DNA of 51,118 nucleotides from Candidatus Woesearchaeota archaeon (GCA_046546105.1 JBKGYN010000005.1:1-51118), one strand, 5' to 3'; counted from the first letter of the stretch, positions 21,560-32,776 are shown. Numbers and translations are program-made. The notes: generated from the letters alone by a model not told the origin.

Positions 21560-22600
21560 TTATTCGTCCGAGGAACCGACGTCCTTGATGGTTATTGTCT
21601 TTCGCTCGTTCTGGCTGTATCTGTACTTGAGATCGATTGACAGGGACTCGTCATAAACTACCGTGCCGCCTGCGTCGGATTCGATGATGCAATTGACGGT
21701 TGTTGATTGCCGACCGCCGTCCTCATCGTCCGACTCTGAACCAAGAAGCGTTATCGCTCCGGAGACTTCGTTTGAACCATCATTCTCCCATGAACGTCCG
21801 CAGCTGATAGAAGCCGGTGTTGATTCCGGCAGGCTTGCAGTCACATCGACCTTGCCTTTATTTTTCCTGTTATTGAGGGAAGGATCGCACTCTGCCTCTC
21901 CGAATTCATAGACAGCACCATTTCCGACATGCACTACGTCAAACATCACGCTGACTTTGTTGCCGCCGGCAGTGTTTTGCCTGACGTTCTGTACGTGCAC
22001 CGGCCCTCCTGAATTATAAGTGGTCTTCGGTGCCGTGATGTCGCAGATGTCTTTGCTTTGCTTGTCGAAAAGTGCTGATGAAGAATCATCTGAAAGGCAT
22101 ATCCTGCTTGTCGATTTCGTCATATAATCATAACACAAGTTGACCAGGAAAGATTTTTCGTCGTTGCCCTGTAAATCTGAAGGGTAAGAGAGTCCATCCC
22201 ATGAAAGGATTGTTGAGGAGCCTGGGTTGACTGTTCCATCAGGATATTTCTTGCCGCCTTGAAGATCATCTTGGAGTTCTAGCTTCAGATCATCGTCCGC
22301 CGGTAGTCCGAATTGTTGCGGAACGATACCTTCAACAGATACTTCCAGGTAGTTCACATCCCCATCCATCTCGATATTCTGCTCGCCTTCGTTTGTCAGG
22401 CGAGTCTGGATAGAAAAGGTTGTCTGGCCCGCGTCAAGAATACTTTGAGGTGGCGCTCCTTCAACGAACTCCATCGAAATCCCTCGTGTTCCTCCGATGA
22501 AGGGCTTGACTTTATCTTCGTTTGAACCGGTATCGTCGTTACATGCGGTCAGTGTGATGGCTATCAGGACAATAAATAAGGGTAATAGCAATTTTCTCAT
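21560..22600 (-). CDS. Lipobox-bearing surface protein, paralog 1
   Basis: Signal ending LTAC; GGTRGISMEFVEGAPP, LCYDYMT, NSGGPV and LKYRY motifs. Confidence 0.8.
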   Translation of the reverse strand: MRKLLLPLFIVLIAITLTACNDDTGSNEDKVKPFIGGTRGISMEFVEGAPPQSILDAGQTTFSIQTRLTNEGEQNIEMDGDVNYLEVSVEGIVPQQFGLPADDDLKLELQDDLQGGKKYPDGTVNPGSSTILSWDGLSYPSDLQGNDEKSFLVNLCYDYMTKSTSRICLSDDSSSALFDKQSKDICDITAPKTTYNSGGPVHVQNVRQNTAGGNKVSVMFDVVHVGNGAVYEFGEAECDPSLNNRKNKGKVDVTASLPESTPASISCGRSWENDGSNEVSGAITLLGSESDDEDGGRQSTTVNCIIESDAGGTVVYDESLSIDLKYRYSQNERKTITIKDVGSSDE

Positions 22601-22661
22601 CGTGTTTCAAACCTCCATTGATCATAGTGTTTTTTGTTATGATTACAGACATGTGCTTTTT

Positions 22662-23984
22662 TCAAACTCGTTTGACCGTGGTTCGAGCATTCATGGTATT
22701 GGAATAGCCGTATCCTACTTCAACGACCAGAGGTGTCTCATAAGCTGATTTTGAGGTGACATATTCCAAGTCGTATCGGCATCTGACGTGTCCTTCTTTG
22801 CCCGACACTAATCGCACACCTTCGAACTTATCAGGGTTGCATTCAAGATGTTGCCCCCCGATTCGTACGTCAATCAGATAGACCTTGTCTTTATAGCGCG
22901 TTGACAAGTCTCCCGGATAGTATGGGCTGCACTTCTCGATCTGTCCCATGTCAAAGACCGTTCCGCTGCCGATGTTTTTGATGTAGATATCAAAGTATAC
23001 GCTTCGTCTCGTGTTCTCTTGTTCTATTCTCGTGATTGCGACTGGAGCTCCGTTCCCACCGTTGTACGTGATTTCTCGTGGGCTGCAGACTTTACGTCCT
23101 TCGCTCATTGGTGCTGGATCAATGCAGACCATCGGGGATGCATATGTTGAATAGAGATAGCAGTTGGTCACCATGAACGTGACATCGCGCTTATCGACTC
23201 CTTTCGTCCAATGATCGAGTTTTCCGTTGAAAACGAAGGTCTCACGCTCTCCACCCGGGTAGGACGGGTTGTCTGGCGCTAGCATGAATTCCTTGCCATT
23301 ATATCGGTCGAAAGAGAGTCCTGAGAGCATGAGTATCAAGCCTTTACCGTGGTTGAAGGCATCGAAGTTGAAGTCATCCCCAAGGTTGAAGCTCAAATCC
23401 CCTCCTTGTCTCTTCTTATCATAGCTCAACCCCACGTCATCTAGGATGTCTGTTTCCAGACCGAGCTTTTCTACAAGCGGTCCGAGGCTTTCAGCGCGGA
23501 ACCCCCAGCTTTCCGGACCTTCGAAATAACCACCAGTGCTGACTCCTTGGCAATTGACAGTTGCAGCGACATTTTCCCAGAAATTTCCGGAAGCTATTCC
23601 GCCGATGTCGAAATCGAAATCGCAATCACCCCACCCTTGATCCATCCTGGGAATGTCGATTCCTTCGATATGAACAAGGTACGGGTCATAGCCTGACACA
23701 TACAGGCCTCCTCTGGTGTAAGAAGCGCCTACGTTGTGAAGATCGACTGAAATACCGAACTCATGATCTTCTGGGCGTCCATTATCAGAATAATAGTACA
23801 TGCGGTTTGGAGGATCTGTAGGATTTGAAAATTGCATTCGCACCCCTTCACTGCCTTTATAGTATTCTTTGTCTGGATTGTCATCGGTGCCTGTTCCGAA
23901 TCGTCCACCGGTACATCCTGTGAGACTGATGAGAACTACTATCAAAAGCAGAGTCAAAACAGCTCGTGTCGCCCTTTTAGCCAT
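22662..23984 (-). CDS. Lipobox-bearing surface protein, paralog 2
   Basis: Signal ending LTGC; KGSEGVRMQF, NCYLYST...VCIDP, GNGAPVAITRIE and VGYGY motifs. Confidence 0.8.
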   Translation of the reverse strand: MAKRATRAVLTLLLIVVLISLTGCTGGRFGTGTDDNPDKEYYKGSEGVRMQFSNPTDPPNRMYYYSDNGRPEDHEFGISVDLHNVGASYTRGGLYVSGYDPYLVHIEGIDIPRMDQGWGDCDFDFDIGGIASGNFWENVAATVNCQGVSTGGYFEGPESWGFRAESLGPLVEKLGLETDILDDVGLSYDKKRQGGDLSFNLGDDFNFDAFNHGKGLILMLSGLSFDRYNGKEFMLAPDNPSYPGGERETFVFNGKLDHWTKGVDKRDVTFMVTNCYLYSTYASPMVCIDPAPMSEGRKVCSPREITYNGGNGAPVAITRIEQENTRRSVYFDIYIKNIGSGTVFDMGQIEKCSPYYPGDLSTRYKDKVYLIDVRIGGQHLECNPDKFEGVRLVSGKEGHVRCRYDLEYVTSKSAYETPLVVEVGYGYSNTMNARTTVKRV

Positions 23985-24050
23985 AGTCTATCACCATCAC
24001 TCTATTGAAGGTCATTTAAATAATTTTAGTTTATCATCACGACCTTATCT

Positions 24051-25739
24051 TCAGTGCTTGAAACGGAAATTCGTAATGCTTCGTTCTTGGAGCTTGTCTT
24101 CGACCATGATGCAGATCGTATCATCTTCCGAATCTTTTTTCGGTAAATCGACCTCAAAATTCATACCATAGACTTCAGAGAAGCTTCCTTCAACTTCCTC
24201 ATACTGGTCTTTTGGTATGTTCTTGCACCTGCTGCTCTTGTTGAGCAGATCATGATTCGTGAACGTGTAATAAGCCTTCTCTGCACAGCCGCAGGTTCTC
24301 TGGACATCCCTATCGCTATCCGGGTCGCTGCATTGCCATTTGATCGAATCTCCTACTTGTTGTATCGCTACTGCTCGTGGTCGATTGTTTGAATCCATGC
24401 AACTCGGCCAACCGCAATATGATCCTGGAAAACACAAGCCGTTCGTGGGAATGCAATTGCCACCTGCCCTTCGGCATTCGCGCAGATCCCCGTACATGCA
24501 GCCCATCGCATTATAGACGGCATCCTGTTCTTCCTCGCTTTTCTTCTCGGCATAGGCTAGTGGCGAGTATTCCACTTTCCAGTCAGTCGATGTCTGTTCT
24601 AATTGTTCTGAAATGTTCTGGAACTCTTCATAAGCGTGATTCTCAGCGTAGTATTCGCATTTCGAGATGCACTCGCCGTCATGTTCCTTTTCCCAAGGCA
24701 TGCAATTATCTTTTATCTCCTGTTGGCTGTGGAAGGTCGGATCGCCTGAACGTTTCACGGCAACTTCTTTCGAGACCCTGTCATTGTAAAGATATGATAG
24801 CTCGACAAATAGTTCTGTATAATAACTTGCTTTCACGCCGAGGATGTCTGTGTCATCGAGTTGGCATTGGACTTCGGCCTTACCGTCTTCAAGGCGTACT
24901 TTTTCCGGTAGGCAGTTGAGCGTGTCGTTTCCGATTCTCGCATTCACTCTCACGAGATTGATTGTCGTCTCATTGATCGTTCCGCAGCGCCTGTTAGCAT
25001 CAGCGTCGGGCCCGCGTGCATTCGATCCGAGGATGAAATCTGAGACATATCCGTCTCCGTGCTGCTTGATATGGAGTGTGAATTGTGGTCGGACATAGTT
25101 TCCGACAGGGACCATTTGGCTCTCCACCTCCGTTACAGAGACAGGCGCTCCTTGTCCATCGGAATATTTCTTGTCGCTGGCTTCGCAGACTTGCTGTCTT
25201 GAATCAGTTTTTTGTACATCGGTATCGATACAGACCATGTCTGAAAACATCGTTTTGTATGGATAGCAATAGTTGAGAACGAACAGTGCCATGTCTTTCT
25301 CGTAATTGCTTTGTATATCTCTCGCTTCAAAACGCCCTATAGCGACATCATTTTTCTCTCCGTCAGGAAATGATTGTGAACGTCCCTCAAGTTGTATTCC
25401 TTCAAGAGACTCATATCTATCATTGGTAGTAGCATCATCGGTCTTGTGGACTGATGAGCTGTCGTACTTCAGCGACATGGTCATCGTGTAATTAGGATAG
25501 AGGTTGAACGCCCCCTTATTGTGCATATTCGCCTGGAGGTCGAAAGTCGATCCTTCGAACACGACAGGTGGTGGCGCTTGTTCCATGATCGAGACGGCGA
25601 TACCTTCCGTCCCCTCATGATAATCATCGGACTCTGAACCTGGATTTTCGTATCGACCGCCCTGGCATCCTGTAAGCAGAATCGTTGTCACAATAATGAA
25701 CGTGAGTGCCAATATCCAAAGTGGTCTTTCTTGCCTCAT
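24051..25739 (-). CDS. Lipobox-bearing surface protein, paralog 3, with Cys-rich C-terminal extension
   Basis: Signal ending LTGC; EGTEGIAVSIMEQAPP, YCYPYKT...VCID, GQGAPVSVTEVE and LSYLY motifs. Confidence 0.8.
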   Translation of the reverse strand: MRQERPLWILALTFIIVTTILLTGCQGGRYENPGSESDDYHEGTEGIAVSIMEQAPPPVVFEGSTFDLQANMHNKGAFNLYPNYTMTMSLKYDSSSVHKTDDATTNDRYESLEGIQLEGRSQSFPDGEKNDVAIGRFEARDIQSNYEKDMALFVLNYCYPYKTMFSDMVCIDTDVQKTDSRQQVCEASDKKYSDGQGAPVSVTEVESQMVPVGNYVRPQFTLHIKQHGDGYVSDFILGSNARGPDADANRRCGTINETTINLVRVNARIGNDTLNCLPEKVRLEDGKAEVQCQLDDTDILGVKASYYTELFVELSYLYNDRVSKEVAVKRSGDPTFHSQQEIKDNCMPWEKEHDGECISKCEYYAENHAYEEFQNISEQLEQTSTDWKVEYSPLAYAEKKSEEEQDAVYNAMGCMYGDLRECRRAGGNCIPTNGLCFPGSYCGWPSCMDSNNRPRAVAIQQVGDSIKWQCSDPDSDRDVQRTCGCAEKAYYTFTNHDLLNKSSRCKNIPKDQYEEVEGSFSEVYGMNFEVDLPKKDSEDDTICIMVEDKLQERSITNFRFKH

Positions 25740-28009
25740 GCTTCCACCTGTACGGTTGTCGCTTTTTCTATCTTGTAATTATAGTCTAACGTGAAAAATA
25801 TCTTGTCAAAGAACCAGCCATCATCTTCGAATCGATCATCGATTATTTTCGGATAGAAGTTGAGGTCGCAGCTTATCGTATCGAACACATCCCAAGTGCT
25901 GAACTCCTGATCGAATTCATAATGCCATCTTTCGCCTTTATCTTCGTATGGGAGTTCGCCTCTGGTATTCATGAAATCACAGTTCTTCAACCCTACTCCT
26001 GAGGGCATGTCGATGACCGCTTTGTTGATAGATGATATCTTGCTGCTTTCAGTATTACCCGTATTATCGAGTTGGAATTTGAAGTTGACCCTGCGATGGT
26101 CATTAGGATTTTCAGCGTCTACCACAATCGGCATTTCGAGGACATGCTCATTTTCCTTTTTCATATTACCCACTCTTATCTGAATAGGTCCTGACGAGGA
26201 GATCGCTTTATCACCGCCTCCAATGAATTCACTCGGCGAATAGTCATCCCCCGCATCTTTTGCCAAGGTATGCATCGTTCTCTCCTTCTCTCCAGTCATT
26301 ACCTTGAGCGGTATCTTGACCGATGAACGGTATCTGAACGTCTGCTCTACATCAACTACATGACTTCCTTTTGGAAGGCTGTCAAAGGAGCATCTGATCC
26401 GCGCTGCTTTCGACCCCGTCACTTCCGTGTAGCGAGGGCTGACTTCATCAGCCACCTTATTATCGACCCTGCACATTGTCATGAGACCTATCGGATGGAA
26501 GGAGTTTGCCACCGTATCGATATCCAAGGCTACTTCTTGTCCTGTGAAAAAATAATCCCTTAACGGTGTCACCCCCTCGATCTTCGCCCCGAGGTATTCT
26601 TCAGTTTTCTCGTTTTCTCCTCCTTTGACTGTAGATGCGTTTCCATAGCCGTATTGTCTTTGGATCGTGTCGAGGAAACTTTCTATAGGATTGAGGTTTT
26701 TCATCCCTGCCTCTATATCTGCCTGGTTCGCATCGAGATCCGATGAGACTTCTCCGCTTTGCACATAAGCTAACAATTGCGGTGCCACGTAAATGAGTGC
26801 TATCACCAGAGCGAAGAAGAACACGAACGAAGAGAGCTTTTCAGGGTCATACGCCCAGACTATATCGATCACGACAACGAATGCCAGAACGAGATATACC
26901 ATGAAGGTGCTGTTTCCGAATAGGCTTCCTGCAAGAGTCGGGCTTGTGAGGAAGACATCTGCCAAGAACATGATGACCATGAATCCGATAACGCTGAATA
27001 TCTTTCGCTCACCCATCGCATTGAGCTTGTAAAAGAATGCGAGCAGAAACCCGTAAACGATTATGACGCCGAAAGTGATTCCTTTGAAGTCTGCTGAAAT
27101 CCAGCCCGCACCAAGCGGTCCTATGAAAAAAGTGATCGTGAGCAGGATAAGATAATACACATCACCGCTTCCGAGGAAGTTGACTTTGAGTTTTTTCTTC
27201 TTGACACCATTGACCAGTCGCTTGATCCGTTCTCGAGCATCATCATTGACAGAGGCGATTTTCTTGTTATAGCGCGAGCGCACCTTTGCCTTGAGATCTT
27301 CCTTGCGATCCTCATAACTTTGCTTGATGACATGCGGAGGGAGGAAGTTCTTGATTCCCACTCCGACAACGAATTCAAAGCCTGCGTCGATAAAGTCTCC
27401 TACGACAGGAATAAATGATGCGACAGCATCAAAGAGATAGAAAAGCACGATCTTGACAAATGCAGATATGTCTCCTAGAAAGAAGATTGTGGGAATCGCA
27501 TAGAATACGATAAGCCCTATACAAACAAAGAATTCCAGCCCGTCAAGCCCCACACTCAACGCTCCCCCCAGAAACGGTATGAAACCAGCCATCCCTGAAG
27601 CGAGGTTGACGATAGCGTCAAGTATTGCCACGAGCCAGAAGATGACAACGCCCAGTCCTGAGGTGAAGAATGCTAATGTCCCATGGGGGCCACTTTCGAT
27701 CCGATCGATTTTTTCATCGCGTTTCTGGACAAGTCTCTGGATCTTGTTTTCCTTGTCCTGCTCTATTTGTTCCTTGCCTTGCTCAATCTGCTGCTTGTCG
27801 TCTTGTTGTTGTGCCTGGCGTTGTTGTTCTTGTTGCTGTTGTTGTGCCTGGCGTTGTTGCATGTCGAGATTGCGTTGGCGTTGTTGTTCTGCCTGCTTCT
27901 GCTGTTCTTTCTGTTGCTTTTTATACTCGTCAAGTGATGAGAAAGCTGTGTTTCGAAGGTTTTCTTCGAATTTCTCCGATGCCATGTCTTGCAGGTCAAC
28001 CATTTTCAC
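25736..28009 (-). CDS. Multi-pass membrane protein with Gln-rich N-terminus and extracellular beta domain
   Basis: Poly-Q coiled coil, about 8 hydrophobic segments, C-terminal SSGPIQI and LDYNY motifs like the adjacent paralogs; ATGA overlap with the next gene. Confidence 0.8.
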   Translation of the reverse strand: MKMVDLQDMASEKFEENLRNTAFSSLDEYKKQQKEQQKQAEQQRQRNLDMQQRQAQQQQQEQQRQAQQQDDKQQIEQGKEQIEQDKENKIQRLVQKRDEKIDRIESGPHGTLAFFTSGLGVVIFWLVAILDAIVNLASGMAGFIPFLGGALSVGLDGLEFFVCIGLIVFYAIPTIFFLGDISAFVKIVLFYLFDAVASFIPVVGDFIDAGFEFVVGVGIKNFLPPHVIKQSYEDRKEDLKAKVRSRYNKKIASVNDDARERIKRLVNGVKKKKLKVNFLGSGDVYYLILLTITFFIGPLGAGWISADFKGITFGVIIVYGFLLAFFYKLNAMGERKIFSVIGFMVIMFLADVFLTSPTLAGSLFGNSTFMVYLVLAFVVVIDIVWAYDPEKLSSFVFFFALVIALIYVAPQLLAYVQSGEVSSDLDANQADIEAGMKNLNPIESFLDTIQRQYGYGNASTVKGGENEKTEEYLGAKIEGVTPLRDYFFTGQEVALDIDTVANSFHPIGLMTMCRVDNKVADEVSPRYTEVTGSKAARIRCSFDSLPKGSHVVDVEQTFRYRSSVKIPLKVMTGEKERTMHTLAKDAGDDYSPSEFIGGGDKAISSSGPIQIRVGNMKKENEHVLEMPIVVDAENPNDHRRVNFKFQLDNTGNTESSKISSINKAVIDMPSGVGLKNCDFMNTRGELPYEDKGERWHYEFDQEFSTWDVFDTISCDLNFYPKIIDDRFEDDGWFFDKIFFTLDYNYKIEKATTVQVEA

Positions 28010-28076
28010 TGTTCACTATATTAGTATCGTTGAGAAGAGAGCCCTGATGTACCTCACACACCTCTTCTTGATAATC

Positions 28077-29771
28077 TTATTCGATGCGCACATCCATTTG
28101 TGCGATTGTTACATCCCGTTGCGGTTTGATGACAATCGAGTTCGTTCCGTAACGGACGAATTGGTCTATTGAACGTGTTATTGAACGGCTGTGGGTGGCT
28201 ACAGGCAGTTCCATGCCGTTTATGACAAAAGTAACATCCTTATAGCTCCTGTCAACAAAATCCACTCGCAATAGTACATCCGCCCCTGCTTTGAGTTGCG
28301 GTTCATCCTCGTATTCGATGCTTTCATCCCGTGGCGGACAGTTCGGCCTTTCACCGTCTTCATTCTCATAACCGTCAGGGCACGCGTTACATTCGGAGAC
28401 CGTCACATACGGTGTGCACACATCATCTCGTCCGGTAAAAGGAACATCATCGCACCAGAAATTTTCAGGATCGTCTTCAAAGCAACAGTCCTTGTCCTGA
28501 TCAGCATCGCAGCCTGGTGGACATATACCATCCGTATCATCCCCGCAGGTCTTTTCAGCATCTTCATGTGGATTACCGGAGTAATCTTCATAACCGCTTG
28601 GGCACCTGTCAGCGTATTCTGCCAATATCATATTAGCGCATCGGTCTCGTGGATTGTTCGTCTTGACGTCGCACCAGTAATTCTTTCGCGACTCTTCAAA
28701 GCAGCAGTCCTTATCCTCGTAAGGCAAGCAGTTGTCAGGGCACACGCCATCTATCTTGCCACAGTAATTGGACTTGTCTTTCTTGAATCTGAATAGATCT
28801 TCTTCCAAATCAAAGTAATAAATTGGATGCTCTACATCGGTGAGTTCCACTTCAAGCATCGGTTGGTCGATGATGTATTCCCCTTCGTTTGAGATAAAGC
28901 TGATGTTGTTCTCGCCGTCTTGGAGGAGTTTCTTGTGGATCTTGATGAAATTCTTCATGTGACAGTCGGGAATGCCGTGGAACGCTTTCTCGCCATTGAT
29001 GGCGATGTCTATAGGCCCTACATTTTCCGCTTCGCAGTCCGGATAGAAGCTCAACGTCGCTTTATCGAAGTATTCAAGTTCTTCCGGAGACAAGTAGAGG
29101 AGCTGTTCATTGAGACTATCACTTTTATCCTGCACATCTGCTGTTAGCTGGATACTTTCGAGTCTGTAGATGTTCGTGCTCCAGAATGCTATTCCCGGAC
29201 TTGATACTGACATGTGAAGCACGTTTTCATGCTTGAGAAGATGTTTGGGCAATTTGATCGGTTCTATCGAACCGTAGTCTTTCTCATGATCATAGATTGG
29301 CACGCCATTGAGATGGATCTTGAGCTGTCCGTCGCCAAAGAGTACGTTGTAGGAGAGGTATACATCGCTTGTGCTTTTTGGATCGATGGAGAATTCCATC
29401 GTGTGAGTTGACTTGTCGAATGCAGAGTTCTTGACAGACACTCGCGGCGTTTCTGAAAGGATTGCCGCTTCGGTTTCTGTGTGCAATCTGAAACTCGTTA
29501 GTTCATGTCTGATCTCCTCATCATTTATGGCGCTTATCTTTCCTATCCGGTCTTCAAGTGCTGAGGTTCCGATCAGATGGGAATAGCCGCTTGATGATGA
29601 AGGCGGTGTGCCCGGAATGTCTTGTTCTTCAAGCAGCGCATTCTTCTCATCAGCCGGAAGAAAAGCAACATACAGCACTAGCAGCGCTGCTATAATCAAT
29701 ACTAGAATCGCGGCTCCTGCGCCGCTTGTTGGCGAATCACCGCCTCGTCGTGATCTGAAAAGCTGCCCCAC
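28077..29771 (-). CDS. Membrane-anchored surface protein with duplicated Cys/Asp-rich module
   Basis: GTG start with SD GGAGG; RSRRG followed by a hydrophobic helix; CGKIDGVCPDNC..DKDCC..NYWCD repeated as CGDDTDGICPPGC..DKDCC..NFWCD. Confidence 0.8.
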   Translation of the reverse strand: MGQLFRSRRGGDSPTSGAGAAILVLIIAALLVLYVAFLPADEKNALLEEQDIPGTPPSSSSGYSHLIGTSALEDRIGKISAINDEEIRHELTSFRLHTETEAAILSETPRVSVKNSAFDKSTHTMEFSIDPKSTSDVYLSYNVLFGDGQLKIHLNGVPIYDHEKDYGSIEPIKLPKHLLKHENVLHMSVSSPGIAFWSTNIYRLESIQLTADVQDKSDSLNEQLLYLSPEELEYFDKATLSFYPDCEAENVGPIDIAINGEKAFHGIPDCHMKNFIKIHKKLLQDGENNISFISNEGEYIIDQPMLEVELTDVEHPIYYFDLEEDLFRFKKDKSNYCGKIDGVCPDNCLPYEDKDCCFEESRKNYWCDVKTNNPRDRCANMILAEYADRCPSGYEDYSGNPHEDAEKTCGDDTDGICPPGCDADQDKDCCFEDDPENFWCDDVPFTGRDDVCTPYVTVSECNACPDGYENEDGERPNCPPRDESIEYEDEPQLKAGADVLLRVDFVDRSYKDVTFVINGMELPVATHSRSITRSIDQFVRYGTNSIVIKPQRDVTIAQMDVRIE

Positions 29772-29913
29772 AATCGTCAACCTCCATGAATATAGGAATG
29801 TCTTACGTGCAGCAGTATTTAAAGCTTTTTGTCGGAATAGGCATTCACAGGCATTTCCAAACGGTATCTGAAACGACACGACGGGATCTTGAGAGCGAGA
29901 TCAAGAAGATGAT

Positions 29914-31008
29914 TTATGGTAACCAGCTCTTTTGGTCCCTGACTTTTCCGGGCAGGTACGTGTTCATGACATAATTGAGTCCGTGCGCTGCAAACGCCTG
30001 CTGTTCGACTCGCTCCTTGGTTTTTGCCATTTTCTGCAGTGCTTGCTGCCATTCTTTATGATCCTTGATGAAAGGATCGTTTTTGACCATGTCCTTGATC
30101 TTCTTTATATCAACTTCCTTGAGCGGGTGTGTCGGCAGGTCGAACTTCTCGATATCATCAGGTGTGACGCCAATGAATTTTGCTTGAGGAACGCAGAAGT
30201 ATTCGTTGATATGCGCCGCGTTTCCGCTCCCTACTTTCAAGGTCCTGTAGATGTTCCCGTATCCGTACGGATCGCCATCTGTGAAAACATAGACCGGCAG
30301 GTTTTTCTCATCGGAGAGTTTTCTGATGAAGCGTCTACATGCTCTTGTTGGCACTCCGCTCATGGCCACGAGGATACAATTCTCTTTTTTCCAGAATTTG
30401 TGCTTGTTAAGCCGTTCGAACGCGCCTTGTGTCTCAATGGCAAGGATGAATTTCGCTTCGGTCTCGAAACCCAGATGCTCCACTGACGAGGGGATTGAAT
30501 AAGCTCCCGAACCGAATTGCGTGCAGTCGATCTTGATCTTTTCTTTGGTCTCCGAATCCTCATCAACGACCTTGAGAGCTCCGGCCACCGCTCCTCCGTG
30601 TTCTCCTGGTACGAACCCCATCTGTTCACGGTTTACGCGCAGCATCGCTTCGATATCATCCATGGCGCTGTCAGATTCAGTCTGTTCTCCAAAGCGTGCA
30701 TCCCCCCAGTTTTTCGAGACGTAATATGCTTCCCTTTTTGTTGCCGAATCATCTTCTGACAGGAGTTGACTGGATAGTGCCATCATCCGTAGTGTTTGGG
30801 CGAATGACTTTATCGTTGAAGCTGTAAGGGTTCGTTTTTTCACCTTTTCCTTGATGCTGAAAAATCCTTGTGCCTTATCGAATTGGACGTTTGAAAGGGA
30901 TCGTACTGGCGTCTCGAGCTTCGGCGCCTCCCCTTTCATGATCGCACCATATATTTCGGTCGCTATATCCTTGATCTTGCCCTGTACAATTTGATGCTCT
31001 GCCATCAT
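29914..31008 (-). CDS. top6A: DNA topoisomerase VI subunit A
   Basis: TKREAYY catalytic Tyr region, AIETQG, FTDGDPYG and EQQAFA motifs. Confidence 0.95.
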   Translation of the reverse strand: MMAEHQIVQGKIKDIATEIYGAIMKGEAPKLETPVRSLSNVQFDKAQGFFSIKEKVKKRTLTASTIKSFAQTLRMMALSSQLLSEDDSATKREAYYVSKNWGDARFGEQTESDSAMDDIEAMLRVNREQMGFVPGEHGGAVAGALKVVDEDSETKEKIKIDCTQFGSGAYSIPSSVEHLGFETEAKFILAIETQGAFERLNKHKFWKKENCILVAMSGVPTRACRRFIRKLSDEKNLPVYVFTDGDPYGYGNIYRTLKVGSGNAAHINEYFCVPQAKFIGVTPDDIEKFDLPTHPLKEVDIKKIKDMVKNDPFIKDHKEWQQALQKMAKTKERVEQQAFAAHGLNYVMNTYLPGKVRDQKSWLP

Positions 31009-31030
31009 ATTACCTCAATTAATCGTGATT

Positions 31031-32776
31031 TTACTCTGACGACGCCGATTGTTTTTCCGACTCTTGATCAGCCTCTTCTTTCTCTTCAGAGGACTCGTCC
31101 TTTCCGATTTTCGCCCACTGCTCGTCATATTCAGTGTTCTTTGTCGGATCGAATTCCATATTATCGATCTTACCTCGTTTCTTTTCGAGGATGACTTCAA
31201 GGTTCTGGAGCACTTTCTCCTCATCTGCCTTGTCAAAATCGATGATTTCTTTCAAGCCCGTAGCTACGTGCGACATATATTTCTTGATATAGCTGCGTTT
31301 CTTGAGCTCTTGTTTCACTCGTGCTTTCTTGCCGGTATATTTGGCCAGCGCCCTTCCGGCCTCTTGGAGTGCCAGTTTTATCTCGTTGATGATCTCAGGA
31401 TAGTGCGCCATCGCTTCCTTGCTTTCGCTTGTGAACGGCACCCATACCGAAGATATGTGCACTACTACGGTAAGCGGTCCGATAGGGAGTGCCCCGTTTG
31501 ACTGGTTGAGCCCGTATGACTTCCAATTGATGCTTGAGATTGCCTTTGTTACCGCACAGCCTCCTTGCTGGAATAACAGCGGCACCCTGTTTGCGAATCG
31601 CATGACTCTGACTGTCTTGTCCTTAGGCTGGTAACCCCCATACGCGAGCGCTACTTCAATCTGGAACGGATTTCCTTTGTAGACCGCTGGAGTTCTTGAT
31701 ATTGACGTGTAGAACTCTGCGTTGACTTCTTTTTTCACCCCTTTCTCGAGAAGTTCTGACGTGATCGGGGAGAGGCATTCCGGTGATGGCGTCTGGATCT
31801 TGACTTCCTTGAAACCTTTGACAATCTTTTCCGCTTGTTCGTGGCTTACTTTTGACGGTTTTTCAGTCGGTAGTATGCGAGCTAGTTCGCAGACTTCCTT
31901 TGCGACCTTCGGGCTGACTTTGCTGAACTCCGTTGTGAGGAATTGCTGGATGGTCTTTGCTTTCGTACCTTCCACCATCTTCATGAACACGCCGACTTCC
32001 ACCCCGTACGGGTGTGGTTTGATCTCTTCCGCTTCAGCCGGTTTTTGTTCTGTAGCCCTTGGGAAGACGAGCTGTTCAGCTTTCGGATTCGTATAGATGA
32101 TAGTGACGTGAGGGTTGACGACTGCTGTTTCTTTGAGGTATTCGTCAACGCTTTGCGAGCCGCGCTGGTAATAGCCTTCGAGATCGATCTGGATTCTCGT
32201 GCCGTGCTCCTTGTTCCAGTTTTTCAGATCCTCTTTCAGGATCTCGGGCTTGTTGGTTTTCGTATCGATTCTCAATTCGTAATAATGAGCTTGTTCTTCG
32301 CCTTCGACTTTTGACATGACTTTCGCTGGTCGTCCGGTAGTGAGCTGACCATACATCACACTCGCGCTGATCCCAATACCCTGTTGCCCCCTGCTTTGCT
32401 TGAGGCTGTGGAACTTGCTTCCGTAAAGGAGTTTTGCGAAGATGTTCGGTATCTGTTTCTTGACGATTCCCGGACCGTTATCTTCTATGACGACCCTGTA
32501 TCGATCACCCCCCATCTCAATGATCTCCACTCCTATTTCGGGCAGTATACCTCCTTCTTCACATGCATCGATAGAGTTATCGACTGCTTCCTTGACAGTA
32601 GTGAGCAGCGCTTTTCGTTTGTTGTCGAAACCGAGAAGATGCCTGTTTCTCGCGAAGAACTCGGCAACGCCGATGTCCCTTTGTTTCGAGGCCATCTGCT
32701 CTGCTTTGCTTGGTTCTTTCATCTGTGTTTTTGTTGCTGAAGAAAGCGTTTGTTGTGTTTGGTTGTCAGAAGCCAT
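31031..32776 (-). CDS. top6B: DNA topoisomerase VI subunit B
   Basis: [41 protein letters not shown] and PFTSESKEA motifs. Confidence 0.96.
   Translation of the reverse strand: MASDNQTQQTLSSATKTQMKEPSKAEQMASKQRDIGVAEFFARNRHLLGFDNKRKALLTTVKEAVDNSIDACEEGGILPEIGVEIIEMGGDRYRVVIEDNGPGIVKKQIPNIFAKLLYGSKFHSLKQSRGQQGIGISASVMYGQLTTGRPAKVMSKVEGEEQAHYYELRIDTKTNKPEILKEDLKNWNKEHGTRIQIDLEGYYQRGSQSVDEYLKETAVVNPHVTIIYTNPKAEQLVFPRATEQKPAEAEEIKPHPYGVEVGVFMKMVEGTKAKTIQQFLTTEFSKVSPKVAKEVCELARILPTEKPSKVSHEQAEKIVKGFKEVKIQTPSPECLSPITSELLEKGVKKEVNAEFYTSISRTPAVYKGNPFQIEVALAYGGYQPKDKTVRVMRFANRVPLLFQQGGCAVTKAISSINWKSYGLNQSNGALPIGPLTVVVHISSVWVPFTSESKEAMAHYPEIINEIKLALQEAGRALAKYTGKKARVKQELKKRSYIKKYMSHVATGLKEIIDFDKADEEKVLQNLEVILEKKRGKIDNMEFDPTKNTEYDEQWAKIGKDESSEEKEEADQESEKQSASSE

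Noticed and set aside
27780-27920. TGTTGC-type simple repeat
   Set aside because: Explained by poly-Gln coding in the 25736-28009 protein.
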